Shown here: one piece after another, positions 40,859 through 53,000 of the stretch
Layout: each line of letters opens with the position of its first letter
How positions within the stretch are numbered: position 1 is the first letter of the stretch
NCBI GenBank assembly: GCA_046563655.1
Contig: CM102287.1
Span: forward strand, 7,254,001-7,318,000
Length of the DNA stretch: 64,000 bases
Reading direction: 5' to 3'
Source of the DNA: Yuukianura sp. NJ FZ-2021
Taxonomy: Eukaryota
Translations under genes and position numbers: made by a program
Notes under the pieces: model-generated
What the model was told of the DNA's origin: nothing
Databases searched by the model: none
The model's input: only the letters and a program-made list of their open reading frames with translations

Positions 40859-41900
40859 ATGGCCCGTCAACAAAACCTGAATCGTTTCGAGTCACCAGTC
40901 GCCTGGGGCATTCTGTTCCCCACATTCTACAGCCTTTTCGCCAAGTTGAGGTGCGTTTTGGCCGATTGCCCGCCGACGGACAAAGTCTGGCTCAACTTGT
41001 TGTTTATTCCGTTCTGGATTATAACAATCTACTGCTTCGTTCCAACGGCAACTTTGTTTGTCCAATGGTTCTACTGGACCGTTTGCCGTCTCTGGCCATA
41101 TCGTGCGGCTCGTCCGAGATGGTACAGGGCCACAGGAATATCGCTTTGCGAGGTAAGCTGTACACAATTCTGCAGAGGTCATTGACCTCCAGGGTCATTC
41201 ATTTCAAAGGTCATTGACCTCCGGGGTCATTCATATCAAAGGTCATTGACCTCTGACTCTTTTGTTTCTAGGGGATGATTGGAGCAATGACTGGCACTGT
41301 GGTGTACTGGCTACTTGAATCCTGGCAACAACGAAGTCTATGCATGGCACAGCATGCTTGTAAAACTGACAACGGATATGCTGAATACTTGTTTCTGTTT
41401 CTGGAGAAATATGGCTTCGACGTAAAGTTTGAACTTTTAACGCTAAAAATTTTTGGATTTTAATTTTTTGAAATTTTGATTTTAGTTATGTCGGGGTCAA
41501 GGAGTGTGTTTTGATTTGGTGCGCAACGTCCATTGGCCGATGATTGCTGGATTGGCTTTCTTGTTCAATTGGCTCATCGAATCAAAGCTGTTTCCCAAGG
41601 TAAGCAGTCCAAAAATTTGAAATTTTCCGCTGCAGCATTTTTTTTGAAAATGTTGTTTTTCAACAGGATAGTTGTAGCAGCGGAAGTGGACCACGGAATG
41701 ACCCACCGCCAGCTCCAGCTCCAGCTCCACCTTCAGCTTCACCTCCACCTCCAGCTCCAGCACCGGGCTTTCAACACATTCATGATGCGATCCAAAAAAC
41801 TGTGCGTGAGAATATGACAAAATTCGTTCGAACCTTGTGCTCAGAAGAACAGGCAAAGAGGATTCTGGACGCCGCCTTTAGCAATCAGCAGTGCAATTAA
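40859..41900 (+). CDS. Orphan multi-pass membrane protein with Pro-rich C-terminal region; exons 40859-41152, 41272-41421, 41486-41599, 41667-41900
   Basis: Four exons splice in frame through canonical GT-AG sites. Several hydrophobic segments (VWLNLLFIPFWIITIYCFV, GMIGAMTGTVVYWLL, WPMIAGLAFLFNWLI) and a PPPAPAPAP tract. Confidence 0.72.
41176..41252. promoter_or_regulatory. Three perfect IR1 palindromes AGGTCA-T-TGACCT (ecdysone-response-element consensus) in a 32-bp tandem repeat
   Basis: Copies at 41176-41188, 41208-41220 and 41240-41252, with extra GGGTCA half sites between them. Confidence 0.6.
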
Positions 41901-42238
41901 TTGTTCATTTCTACTACATACGAAGTGTAATTTAACTTGTTATGTTCATCAAAGTGAATCAAAAATTCAATAGTTACAAAAAATTATATACTAATTACTA
42001 GTCAATTACTAAATGAATTAGCAAACTGAAAATAAATCATGATCATCGTTGTGTCAAATTGTGAAACTGCGGTGAATTTCTTTTCTTTCGACAATCTTTT
42101 TTTTAGATTTCGGTGAGTTACTTTTATGACTTTTGTCCAAGATTATAGTTGTAAAGATGGTGCTAGATTAACTATAAGTTTTTGTGTTAAGTCAAATTTT
42201 TGTAAAGTTAGGTTAAGATTAACTTCACCTAATTCTGC

Positions 42239-45200
42239 TTAATTTGAGGTGGGAAAGGGTGGGGCAGTTTGTGTTTCCAGTTTTTTCCAACAGCAATTGA
42301 CTACTTGTGAGTCGGGAGCCAGTTTAAACGGCTTAGATCCATCCGGAGCTTCGTATTGGTTCACTTGGCACTCCACTAAAGTCTCATATCCAAGAAGTTC
42401 TGAACAGATTTGCTTGAAAAAAGACAAAATCATCGTAAAACTGAAAATTTTGATTTCAAAATGTTGTTATTTTCAAAATTCAAACTGGACAATGCTATAC
42501 CATGGTCAGTGGATTTGTGTTCGAGGTCATGACTCCCAGGAATCCTTTGGTTTTGCCAATCCTTGTGTTTTCCTGTTCCATGAAAGTGACAAGGGGAACG
42601 TTCTCTGCCACAGGAACGCTTTCATGCGTTCCCATCATAAACGAATGCAGAATTTTGTTCCTTCCTTTCGGCAATTTATCACTAAATTATGAAAAAATTG
42701 TAAGAATTGGAGTTTTTAAGGAAAATTGTGCTAAGGTTCAGTAAATCTGGTTACCGTTGTCGACTTTCAAAAGAGTCCAAGAAGGTCAGAACAGTGTGGA
42801 TCCCTGGAGGAGCAACAACGTCTTCCGGTTCATCGTAAAGGTCAAAGTTCAAGGCCGTGGCGACTGCTTTGTTGTCTGATTTCCGACGAACGATGAAGCT
42901 AAACATTTCGGGCATTTTTTAGTTATTGTTAACTTAACTTGAAATGGTTCTGACACAAGTGACCTTTGACCTCACCTGAGTCCTTTTTCCAACAAAATTG
43001 GAAACAGCGTTGTAATAAATCCCTTAAAATCTTGAAAAGTTGCGTTTGTATATACTTCCAAGTCACCTTTTCTCGAGAAACTGTAGCCAATGATCCTAAA
43101 ATTCAGAACAATTCAACAATTTTTTTAAACCAAAAATTTTGTACCCATAAGCTCCCGAATGCAGGAATGCAGGATGTATTCTTTAAAAAGCTAATAGGAA
43201 TTCAGCATATTTATGAATTTTTTTAAATTCTTACGAGCTTGCTTCCTCAACGTCACTTTCCTTTAGAAACTCGGCATAATACGGTTTCAAAGTTTCCGAA
43301 TCTTGCCGAACCTCGTTTACGGAATTACGGGAAGACGAAGAACGAATTTTCGAAACCATTTCTCGCAGCGATCCTGCAGTGACAAACTCGTCGAGCCCTA
43401 GAAACAAAAATTTCTAGTGTAGCTATTTGGACCTCTTTGTCTTTGTTGACTTTGTTGTAACTTTTCTCAACAGTCGCATCTGTTGCAACAGTTGAGTCAG
43501 TCTGAACTCGGGGACGAAATTTCGAGTAACTAATATACTAAACTGCTAGAGTTACCGATATGAAAATTCTTCGCTCGGAGTTTGGTTACAACTGTGACGG
43601 AATTGAGCGAAGTTCCGCCGAGATTGAAGAATGAATCGCCAAGTCCTTCGGCAACGTGCCGTTCCGGCACATACGTCACTTCGGAAATGGCTTTCACCAA
43701 AGCTCGTGCTCGTTCGGTAAGTTCCGGTGGAATGTCCGTGAAAGTCATCTCAGATCCAGCTTTAGAAGTAGTTTTTGGAAAATATGAAATTCAAATTTTT
43801 ATTTTGGTTAACAAAATTAGAAGCAAATTCAATTACCACTTTGATTTGTGTGACGTTCTGCTTCAAAGGTGGACAACAGTCGCTGACGATCTACTTTTCC
43901 GTTTACGAGTAACGGAACTTCGGAAATTACTTTCACTTCGGGAACTTCATAAGACCTCAACGTTGCTTTCGCTCTGGTCAAAACTTCTTCAGCAGTTACT
44001 TGCTTTGTAGCGGGAACAACAAATGCAACTAAGGCCTGCATTCAAACGGCCAAAGGTCAAGGTCAAGTTGTTGTCTTACTCCAGGCATTATAAGTCAGCT
44101 TACTTGATCTTCTTTTCCAGCATTGTAGCAAAGCACATACGCTCTGCTGATCAATTCCGATTGGCTGTTCAGAACAGCTTCAATTTCGTTTATGTCAACT
44201 TTTTGCCCCCGAACTTTGACCTGGGAGTCACTTCGGCCTTCGTAGAGAAGCGTCTGTCGTCCATTACTTGTGAAAACACGGACAAAGTCTCCAGTTTTGA
44301 AAAGAGTAGTGAATCCTAATAAAACATTTTCACAATTCAAATAAGCTTGAATTCAAAATTTTATTTGTAAAATCAAAAATTTTGACTAGCCAGTTTCGGT
44401 TGAGAACAAATTTGGAAGAAATTTGTCGCCATTTGCAATTGCGACGTACCCCGAACACAAATTTCTTCCAGCAACGTACAATTCTCCAATTTCTCCAAAC
44501 GGCACTGCCTTCAACTCTTCATCCAAAATGTACAAGATCGTATTGAAAATCGGGGATCCTAAAATCACAAAAGTTTGCAAAGTTGCAGTAAATTTGCAAA
44601 ATCTGCTGAAAACGCTTACCTATCGGAACACGGATCCCATCGACTTGCTTCTTCACATCTTCAGCACTACTGAACGTTTCAACTGTCACATCCGCCATGA
44701 TTTCCGTACTGCCGTAGAAGTTGGCCAAAGTTTTGTCTCCATTTGGAAACTGAATGAAGAAATCATCCAGAAGATCTTTCTGCAGTGTTTCGCCACTGCA
44801 CACCCACAGTCTAATGCTGTCCAACTTCCCGCTTCCTTGAACTTCATCTGACCTCAAGAGGTCAAGTGTGGACAGCAACGCTCTTAACAAGGATGGTACT
44901 AGAACGAGTCGAGTTATTCCAGCAGCATGGAGGTTTTTAATTAACAAGCTAGGATTAGACACAATTAGTTTCGAAAAAATTTGGATTGAGAAGCCACGCA
45001 GAAGCGGTCCGAAAATTTCGGCTACGGAGTCCACAAATGTCAAGGCCGTTTTGAAACAGCATTTTTCATCTTCAGCAAACGGAAAAGTTTCCCATTGCCA
45101 GGAAAGTCGGTTCATAATAGCACTGGAAAATACATAATGCTAAGGAAATTTTGGAATAAGATTAGGTAATTAGGTTGGTCAACCTAAAGTTAGTTTGCTG

Positions 45201-45813
45201 ACCTGTGCTTGAGACGGACACCTTTAGGAATTCCACTACTTCCGCTAGTATACAACACAATCGCGACTCTATCAGCTAAACACTTTGCTTCTGATGGAAG
45301 TGGCAGTACGTCTTTGATGGTTTCAAATTTTAGCGCTCGGGTCAAAAGGTCATCGAAAGTGACCACCTCCGTTTGGTCTCTAACGACATCAAATTTTGAA
45401 ACAGTCGATGGAACAGCATCAGAGATGACCAAAACTGGTTTGCAACTGGTGATCATACTGATGACACGATTTTCAGGAAAGGTGTTGTCTATTGGTACAT
45501 AGGCAGCACCTAACTTATGAATTGCAAAAATTGAAAAGATGACATTTTGAGATGGTGGAAGGCAGAGGGCAATGACCCAGTCGTTGTCAGGATTCTGATT
45601 TTTCAGATTCTTCTCTTGAATTAATTCGTAAATAGCCAAAGCAAGACGCGTCGAGGTCAAATCCAGAGTTTCAAAAGAAATTTTTGTTTGTTCAAAACCA
45701 ATGGCCACTTTGTTTTTAATTTCTGGGAATTTTAACAAATTTTGCTGAAAATAGTCTGTAGTTGAAACAGTTTCTGGAAATTCAGCATTCCGTCCTCGAA
45801 GAATGGATTCCAT
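42239..45813 (-). CDS. ebony: Ebony-like single-module NRPS, copy 2
   Basis: [67 protein letters not shown]. Most intron positions match copy 1. Confidence 0.93.
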
Positions 45814-46610
45814 TTTTTATCAAAGTTGAAATGCAATATTTAACGAAAAATTGTATTGGACTGCCCCTTCTTAAATCAGGAAACTGATTTGTGCCAATAA
45901 ATTGATCAACTGAAGTCAAAATTCGCAATTCTGTTTGATTTTCTGCTTTATTCCTCTCCATGGAGAATGAATGAAGCCGTAGCCGGTTTAGGACGCACAG
46001 ACGAACAGGAATTGTATGACGTATGACATTTGTATAGCGTATGACGAATAAATTCAACAGAATTTTCGCAATTGAAAAACAGAGGAAATGGAAGAACCAC
46101 AACGTTTTCGTTTTTTCCTGTTGGAAAATGCTTTCTTCCAAGAAATTTTCCAAAGGAAGTTCAATTTTCTATATGCTTAGAAACCAAGACTGAAAAGTTA
46201 AACTAGCCAAAAAAGTTGAAAATAGTACTTATTTAATAAATTATTCGGGCTTTTTGATTTGTGGGAGTTTATAGTCCATTTTCATTTCTAAACCTAAACA
46301 GCTTAACTCTGAATGTGAAACAAAACTTAATCAAACGCCGAGAAAAGCAAAGGGAAATGGCCGAATTTGCTCCGTAGTAACTTGCCTCAACCTAAAATAA
46401 CTTTTAATCAACGTTGTGATGTAGAGAACGTTACATAACTCCATCCGTCATCCCAAAAGTTTTGTCATAAAATCAAACATCATGTTACATTAATTGAGAA
46501 AAATCCATGAACCCGATAGGCAGTGACAAAATTTTCATTAAAATACTACTGTCGGTTCCTATTTCAAATTCTAAAGCTGAATTTTCATTGTCCAGGTTGA
46601 AATTTTTGTT

Positions 46611-48674
46611 TTAGCCCAGTCGTTGGTATCCTGTTGTTCCGTAGGACGTAGTCTGTGGAGCCTTCTCACTCGTCAACTGAATTCCGACATTAGTTGCTGG
46701 AATTCTGGCCAAAATGCGCAGAACTTCGTCTGGTGACTTTTCAGCCAATTGTTTAGCGCTCAACGGAAACGATGGCCCTAACGGAAAGTTTTCGTCAGAG
46801 AAGATCCATTCTTCAGCTTGTGGCAAATGGTTGCCCACAATCACTTCAATCTCGCGCCGAATCACATCGCAAAAATCGTCAAGAGGCTAAAAACAGAAAT
46901 TTTGGTTGAAGTTAGTTAGAATTCTTGTACCCAACAATAGCTACAAGACCTACTGTCAAATTTATAACGGCTACATGAAAATTGTATGTTCACCAGATCA
47001 TTGTCGTCGTATCCAAACGGATTTTCAATTTCTTGTCCAATTGCGAGAATGCCGAGGAGGCAGAATGCGCCGAGGACGAGTACTGGGACAGTGTACCATC
47101 CGAGGTCGTTCACAATTTGATACGGAATGGACAAGATGTAGAGCCAAACACTTTGTTGCAAATGGACGGAGTAGGCCAATGGAATTGGAGTGCGAAGGAT
47201 TCGCTCGAAGTTGCACAAAACATCAACCAGATTGCTCAGTGCTAGTCAGAAATTAGTTTAGTTACTATTTTATTTTATTTTACATTTTAAATTGCCTTTG
47301 CAATCTTTTTGAACTTCACGGTTAAAAAACTTTTGATTGTTTAAAACCTTACAGCCTTTGATAGCGTTGAGAGCCCATGGTTGTGCCAGTTTGTTTTCGT
47401 CCAAGTAGTTGATGTAGGACAAGTAGTAGTATGAGATTTCTAATTAAAATTTAAAAAATCAATGCATTTAGATATCCTTGTTTTTATCTTTCGATAAACT
47501 TGAGATATTTAGGTTCAATGTTTTTGGGATAATCTAAAAATGTTAAACTTATATTTTTATAAGAACTTTTTATTTTATAAGAACCTAATTTTTATTAAAG
47601 CTATGTAGTTAGGAGTATCGTGTTAAAGCACAATTTTAGGAAAATATTGACATACCGATTGGAATATTTGTAGGAGTGGCCATGTCAAATGCCTTCTTTC
47701 CTTTTTTGAGTTCCTCGGTGTGCTTGACTTGAACGTCCAGTGGCACATTTGAACTTGGCGTGTTGAACCGAGGAAGATGGCGAATCAGATCCTTCAACTG
47801 AAAACACCAAAACGAATAATTTTCCACTCCACTTTTATAATTAACTTACAAATATAAAATTATATACTTCCTGCTTGAAAAAGTAGAACACTTACGTCGG
47901 GATAGTCATAGCCATATTCATCTCTGAGGTAATGTTTGACGGACACAACAAAAGCCAGACTGAGGTTGAGGGCCGACCGGCGTTCTACGAGGGCCTTGGA
48001 TGTCAACTGCTCTTGCCCCGCTGCAGTCGTGTTCACTCCGAGCCAAATTGCTCGCGTCATTTTTCGAACGTCCTGAATCATTTCCGTCCATAGTTTTCTG
48101 CCTTCCCAGTACCTATAAGATGAAAGAAACATCGAAAAATCGCAAAAACCATTGTGTTTGGGTGGTTTTGTCTATCAATGTCAAACTTTGACATTCAAAT
48201 TAAAATGTACCAGAACCGGAATTATCTTACACAAGAGTTGAACCGGTACACGGTTACTGTGCAATGTGCATACTCCTGGGTTTACTTAAAATCAACAAAT
48301 TTCGTGGAGTGCATGCAAAGGCGCCTGAATAATGTTATTTAATATAGGAAAAGTTGAGTAATTCTTAGATAATGTTTGGATTACTTCGATTTTTCTATTA
48401 ATTAATTAGTTCAACAAGAAATTTCTATACAAATGACATGGATTACTCACCTATCATAGGCGTTGTTAGTACGAAAAGCCAGTAGAAGTGAAACGACCAT
48501 TCCAAGAATACTGATCAGCGTCTGTGGAAAATTCATTTTGAGCGCTGGAACGTAGATATCTAAAGCGACAATTCCAGCAGAATAAATTCCCAACAGCACA
48601 ATTTGCCACCATATTGCCGGCAGTACAGTTCCACGTATTCGAACCCACCAAAAATTACTGGCCCAGAAGCCCAT
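46611..48674 (-). CDS. Bestrophin-like anion channel of the bacterial/fungal UPF0187 (YneE/VCCN1) type, multi-exon
   Basis: LLLAFRTNNAYDRYWEGRKLW, VKHYLR, NIP, ERILRTPIPLAYSVHL, IGQEIENPFGYDDNDLPLDDFC. Confidence 0.9.
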
Positions 48675-50055
48675 GTTCCTCTGCCAAAAATTTTACAACA
48701 AACAATCGATCACTAGCAATTTTAGAACAATAAATTGCTAGAAATTTCCAATCAATCGATTACAAATGTTAGAAGAATCGATTGTGATTACAATCATTCC
48801 CAACTTCAGACTGAACGCACAAAATTTGGGACGATGATGCGAAAGAACAAGTGAAAAAAGAAATGGCTTGATAGTTTTGAATTCAGTCAAACAAAGTTTG
48901 GAATGAAAATTAGTGCTAGAGGGGTTTAACCTCTTGGATTTTGTAAGAAACCGGATTTTTAGGAAGGATCATGAAAACAAAACACTTACATTGGTGTTCA
49001 TCATGCAAAGATTCAGCAAGTTGTTCTCTCAAAAAATTGTTGATTATAAAAACAAGTTTTTCAAAAGGTGATTTTTATGAAGCAGGAGATGAACTTTTGT
49101 TAAGGTGAGGCCAAGAGCATGCAAGTGACCTCTTCAGAATTCAGTAATTTCCAAGCACATGCGTCCAGATTTCCATCGTTAAGTTATAAAATCAGTCCTA
49201 AAATATTGCAAATTCATTACAAAAGAAAAGCATCGTAAAAATCAATTTCTCCGCCAGAAGCTTCAGATTAAGCACTTTCTCTTCGGCCTAAGTCTACTTT
49301 AAATTCGTTTTTAGAAATTTTGAAAAGCATTTTGAAAATATTTACAGCATAATTAGCGAATTATGAGTATAATCTCTAACCTGTCACTCCATTGCAATGC
49401 AAAGGGGAGGAATTGGCTGGAATTGAGTGCACCATGTAGAATCTCAAAGACGTGCTAACCGGTTTCGGTGAAAAGTGGATTGGCAAGTAACTACCGCTAG
49501 TTCCTAAATTAAATTAATAAGACCATTACTATTTAATTATTGCACATTATCAGAATTTGGACTATAAAAATCCAGTTAGTAAATTAACTTCGGTAAGAAT
49601 GACCCGATTTGTGGTTGTTCTCTGGTCAAAGCTACTTCTGCGGTTAACAATCTCCATAATTCCACAATTTCAATTTTGATACACAAAACACAAGGCTTGT
49701 TTCGCATTCAATATTTAAGAATCATAAATGGTCCAAGGCATGATTTATAAACTTTTTCTGTTCCACTGACCCCAGAGAAATCGTCACAGTCAAAGGTCAA
49801 AAATTTCCAGAGAAAAAACAAAACTTTGCGTTTTGCAACATGAACAGGAGCACGTCGGTGGCAAGCTGTCGCGTCTATCCGTTTGTTTTACAATGCGAAA
49901 TTTTTAATCCAGAATAATTTTTGAGATTTTAAAATGTGTTGCTGAAGTAGAAGCTCCATCTTCACTAAAATTCTGTTTCGATTTGTCACATTCCTGTCTT
50001 TTGTGATGGCAAGTCAAACTCGAACTTTGGGTAGATTTCATTTGTAGCGTTCACT

Positions 50056-53000
50056 TTATTTGTCTGAATTTGGATTGGCATCGCCTTGAGGTGGTTGAAG
50101 TGTGGCAGGCTTTAGGATTTTGTGGAAAGACGACATTGTGAGTGTCCCTGGTGCCAAATGAAATGGACGAACTCCGCTTTCCGCATACTCGTTCACTACA
50201 AAGTCGTCCAGTAACGTAAACTCATAAACGTCTAAAAGAAGATCCTAAAATCACAAAAAAAGCATCAATTAAAGCTGCGAAAAGCAACAGACTTATGCTA
50301 TCATAATTCTACACAGTAGTTAAGCTAAATGATTCGTTTCAGTACGACTTCAGTTAGAATTAAGCTTAGTTATGAGAAGTCTAACCCGAATAAGTTGATT
50401 TGACGATGCCAGGAAGAAACTTTTGAATCCATCTGACTGAGCACGCGCAAGCATTTCGTTAATCAAAAGCACGATTACTCGGACGTTTTCTGCAGGACTT
50501 AGTAACACACTGGTAGCCATCATGAAGCACTCGTAAACCTCGTTAGCCGCTTCTTGAATTGCAAGTTTCTCCCTGTCCAAAAAAGTCAAAATTCATTAGG
50601 ACTCTCATTTTTTTTTAATTTGAGTAAGAATATTTAAATACAAAGTAATGAGAAAAGCAGAAATTTTTGGAGCTTACAAAACTTGTCCTTTCACTTCATG
50701 TCCAAATTCGACAACGTACTTGAGTGTTCCAAGTGCAGCATCGGTACCCAAATCGGTGAAAAAATCATAAGAAAGTGACGCTCCGACTACTTTAGAATCC
50801 TGATTCCGGATTACAGCGATACTCATTTGCTGTTCAAGAATTTTGTCCCAGTTGGCATTCAAATATGAAGTAAATTGTTCTTCAGAAACCATCGCAATTT
50901 TCTCGACATCGCCATGTCTTGCGTATGTCGTTGAGAGCAATCTAATAGAAAGTGGAATGATTTGGAGTTTATGATTATTTTTTAAAAGTTACAAAAAGTT
51001 GTTTGAACAAAATTGACAACTTACTGGACAACTTCACGTTGATGTTTGGCTTCCATGTACTTTGGAGAGTACAACTTCTTAGCTCTGGAATCCGCTACCA
51101 GCATTTGTAATGGCGATGCAGCAACAGCATCTGTTTTGACTTGGTTCGATTTCCGGAAATTTTGAAGCGTTCTCCGATTTTCCATTAGATTGATCAAATC
51201 CTCTAAATTTTCAGCTCCAATGAAATCTTGAATTGCTGCAAAGACAAAAAAAAGTTTGTTTTTCGTTTTTTTTAATCAAACATCCTCGGATTATGAAAAC
51301 GAAAACTTACAGATTGGATATCCCTTTTTGTTTAAATAAAGCACAACGCAAATGCTGTTGCATGAAGTTCCACCGAGAGCGTAAAAAGACAGATCCAAAG
51401 ATTTGATTGACAATTTGATCGGAATTGAACAAAATTTATATAAAGCTTCCAAAAGAATTTTTCCAGCTTCTGCGGCTTCTCGATTTTTCATTTTCAGCTT
51501 TCCCCAGTCGTCAAATCCTAAAAATCCAAAGTGATCCAATTCATCCAAACGATTCCAAGTGAAAAACTGAAATTCAAATCTACAAAATTTTCAAAATTTG
51601 AATCTTACCACTCTCACGTCCTTGTAGATAGTCGTTCAAAAGTCGATGTCTGTCTAGTCGTCCATTTGCAAGAACTGGAAATGCTTCCACCACTCGAATT
51701 GTCGGAATCATGAAGTTTGGAACCTTTTCTTGCAAATATTGGGACACTTCGGCGTTTGTGAGTTTGGAAATCCAATCTGGTTTTGGTAACACAAAAGCCA
51801 AGACGGCCTGAAAATTCAATAGTAATGAAAACAATGTCAAATTGAATTTGTACTCTAAATATCAGTGTTACCTGGTCAGCTTTTCCTGGATGAAAGATGA
51901 AAATGTTGACATGGTCCACCCCTTCGTGCGCCTTGAGTATGCTTTTGATATCCTCAATCACAAATTCATATCCTATAGAAACAAAAACTCAAAGTTCAAA
52001 CCCAAAATTTTTGTGAATTTTTGTTTTTCGAAAAACGTATAAGCAAGGCTACCGTTGTGCCGCAAGAAGGAGTCGCCCCGACCTTCCAGCAGAAGCCGAA
52101 ACTGTTTGTCTGCACAAACTACGTAACGACCATAGTCGCCCGTCAAAAATAAGCGGGAGTACTCTATATTCAAAAATATAACGACATAAAAATCGTAACA
52201 TATTTTCAACAATAAATCAATTTATAGCTTTTTAAGTACTTTGGGCACTGTCGTATGGATTGTTGATGAAACTGAAATCTTTGGTTTTCTTGTCCATGTA
52301 GCTCATAGCCAGTGGCATTCCAGCGACACAAATTTGTCCTTGCTCGAAATTGATGGCTAATTCTCGATTGACATTCATGATGTAAACTTTTGTGTTGTCC
52401 ATGACTTGACCTAAAGCAAGCCAAAAAAAAGTTATGAGTTTGGTGATATTTGACATGAAAAGATTATTCTTTTAGATTTTAAGTTTTACCGAGCACGATG
52501 TGACCAGCGACGTAACGTCGTTTAACTTCCTCAAAGCTTTTGAATCGCTCACAGACTACATCTCCGGATAGCTCCGTGTAGCCGTACATCGTCGCAAGCG
52601 TTTTTCCATCTGCCGGGAAAGCACTGAAAAACCGACGTGCCAACTCGTAGCTGACGACTTCTCCTTTGCATGCCACAAATTTCAAAACTTTCAAACGCAT
52701 CCTCGATTCATCTCGGCCAATCACCCGACATTCGTTGAGAAACTTTCCAAGTGCAACGCAGCTCAGACTGATTCGAAAGATTCTGTCTGCTTCCAACTTT
52801 TCAATCAAAGTGTGCATATTGTTCATGTCTTGAGTAGTGTAAACGTGGAGCGTCACTCCTCGCAGAAGCGGTGCAAATATTTGATGAACTGATTCCACAA
52901 AGGTCGCGGGAACATTGAGACAGCAGTTTCCTTTTTTCGTATAAGGAGCATACTTCCATGTCCAAGCGATCCGATTGATAATTGACTTGTGTGAAAGTCG

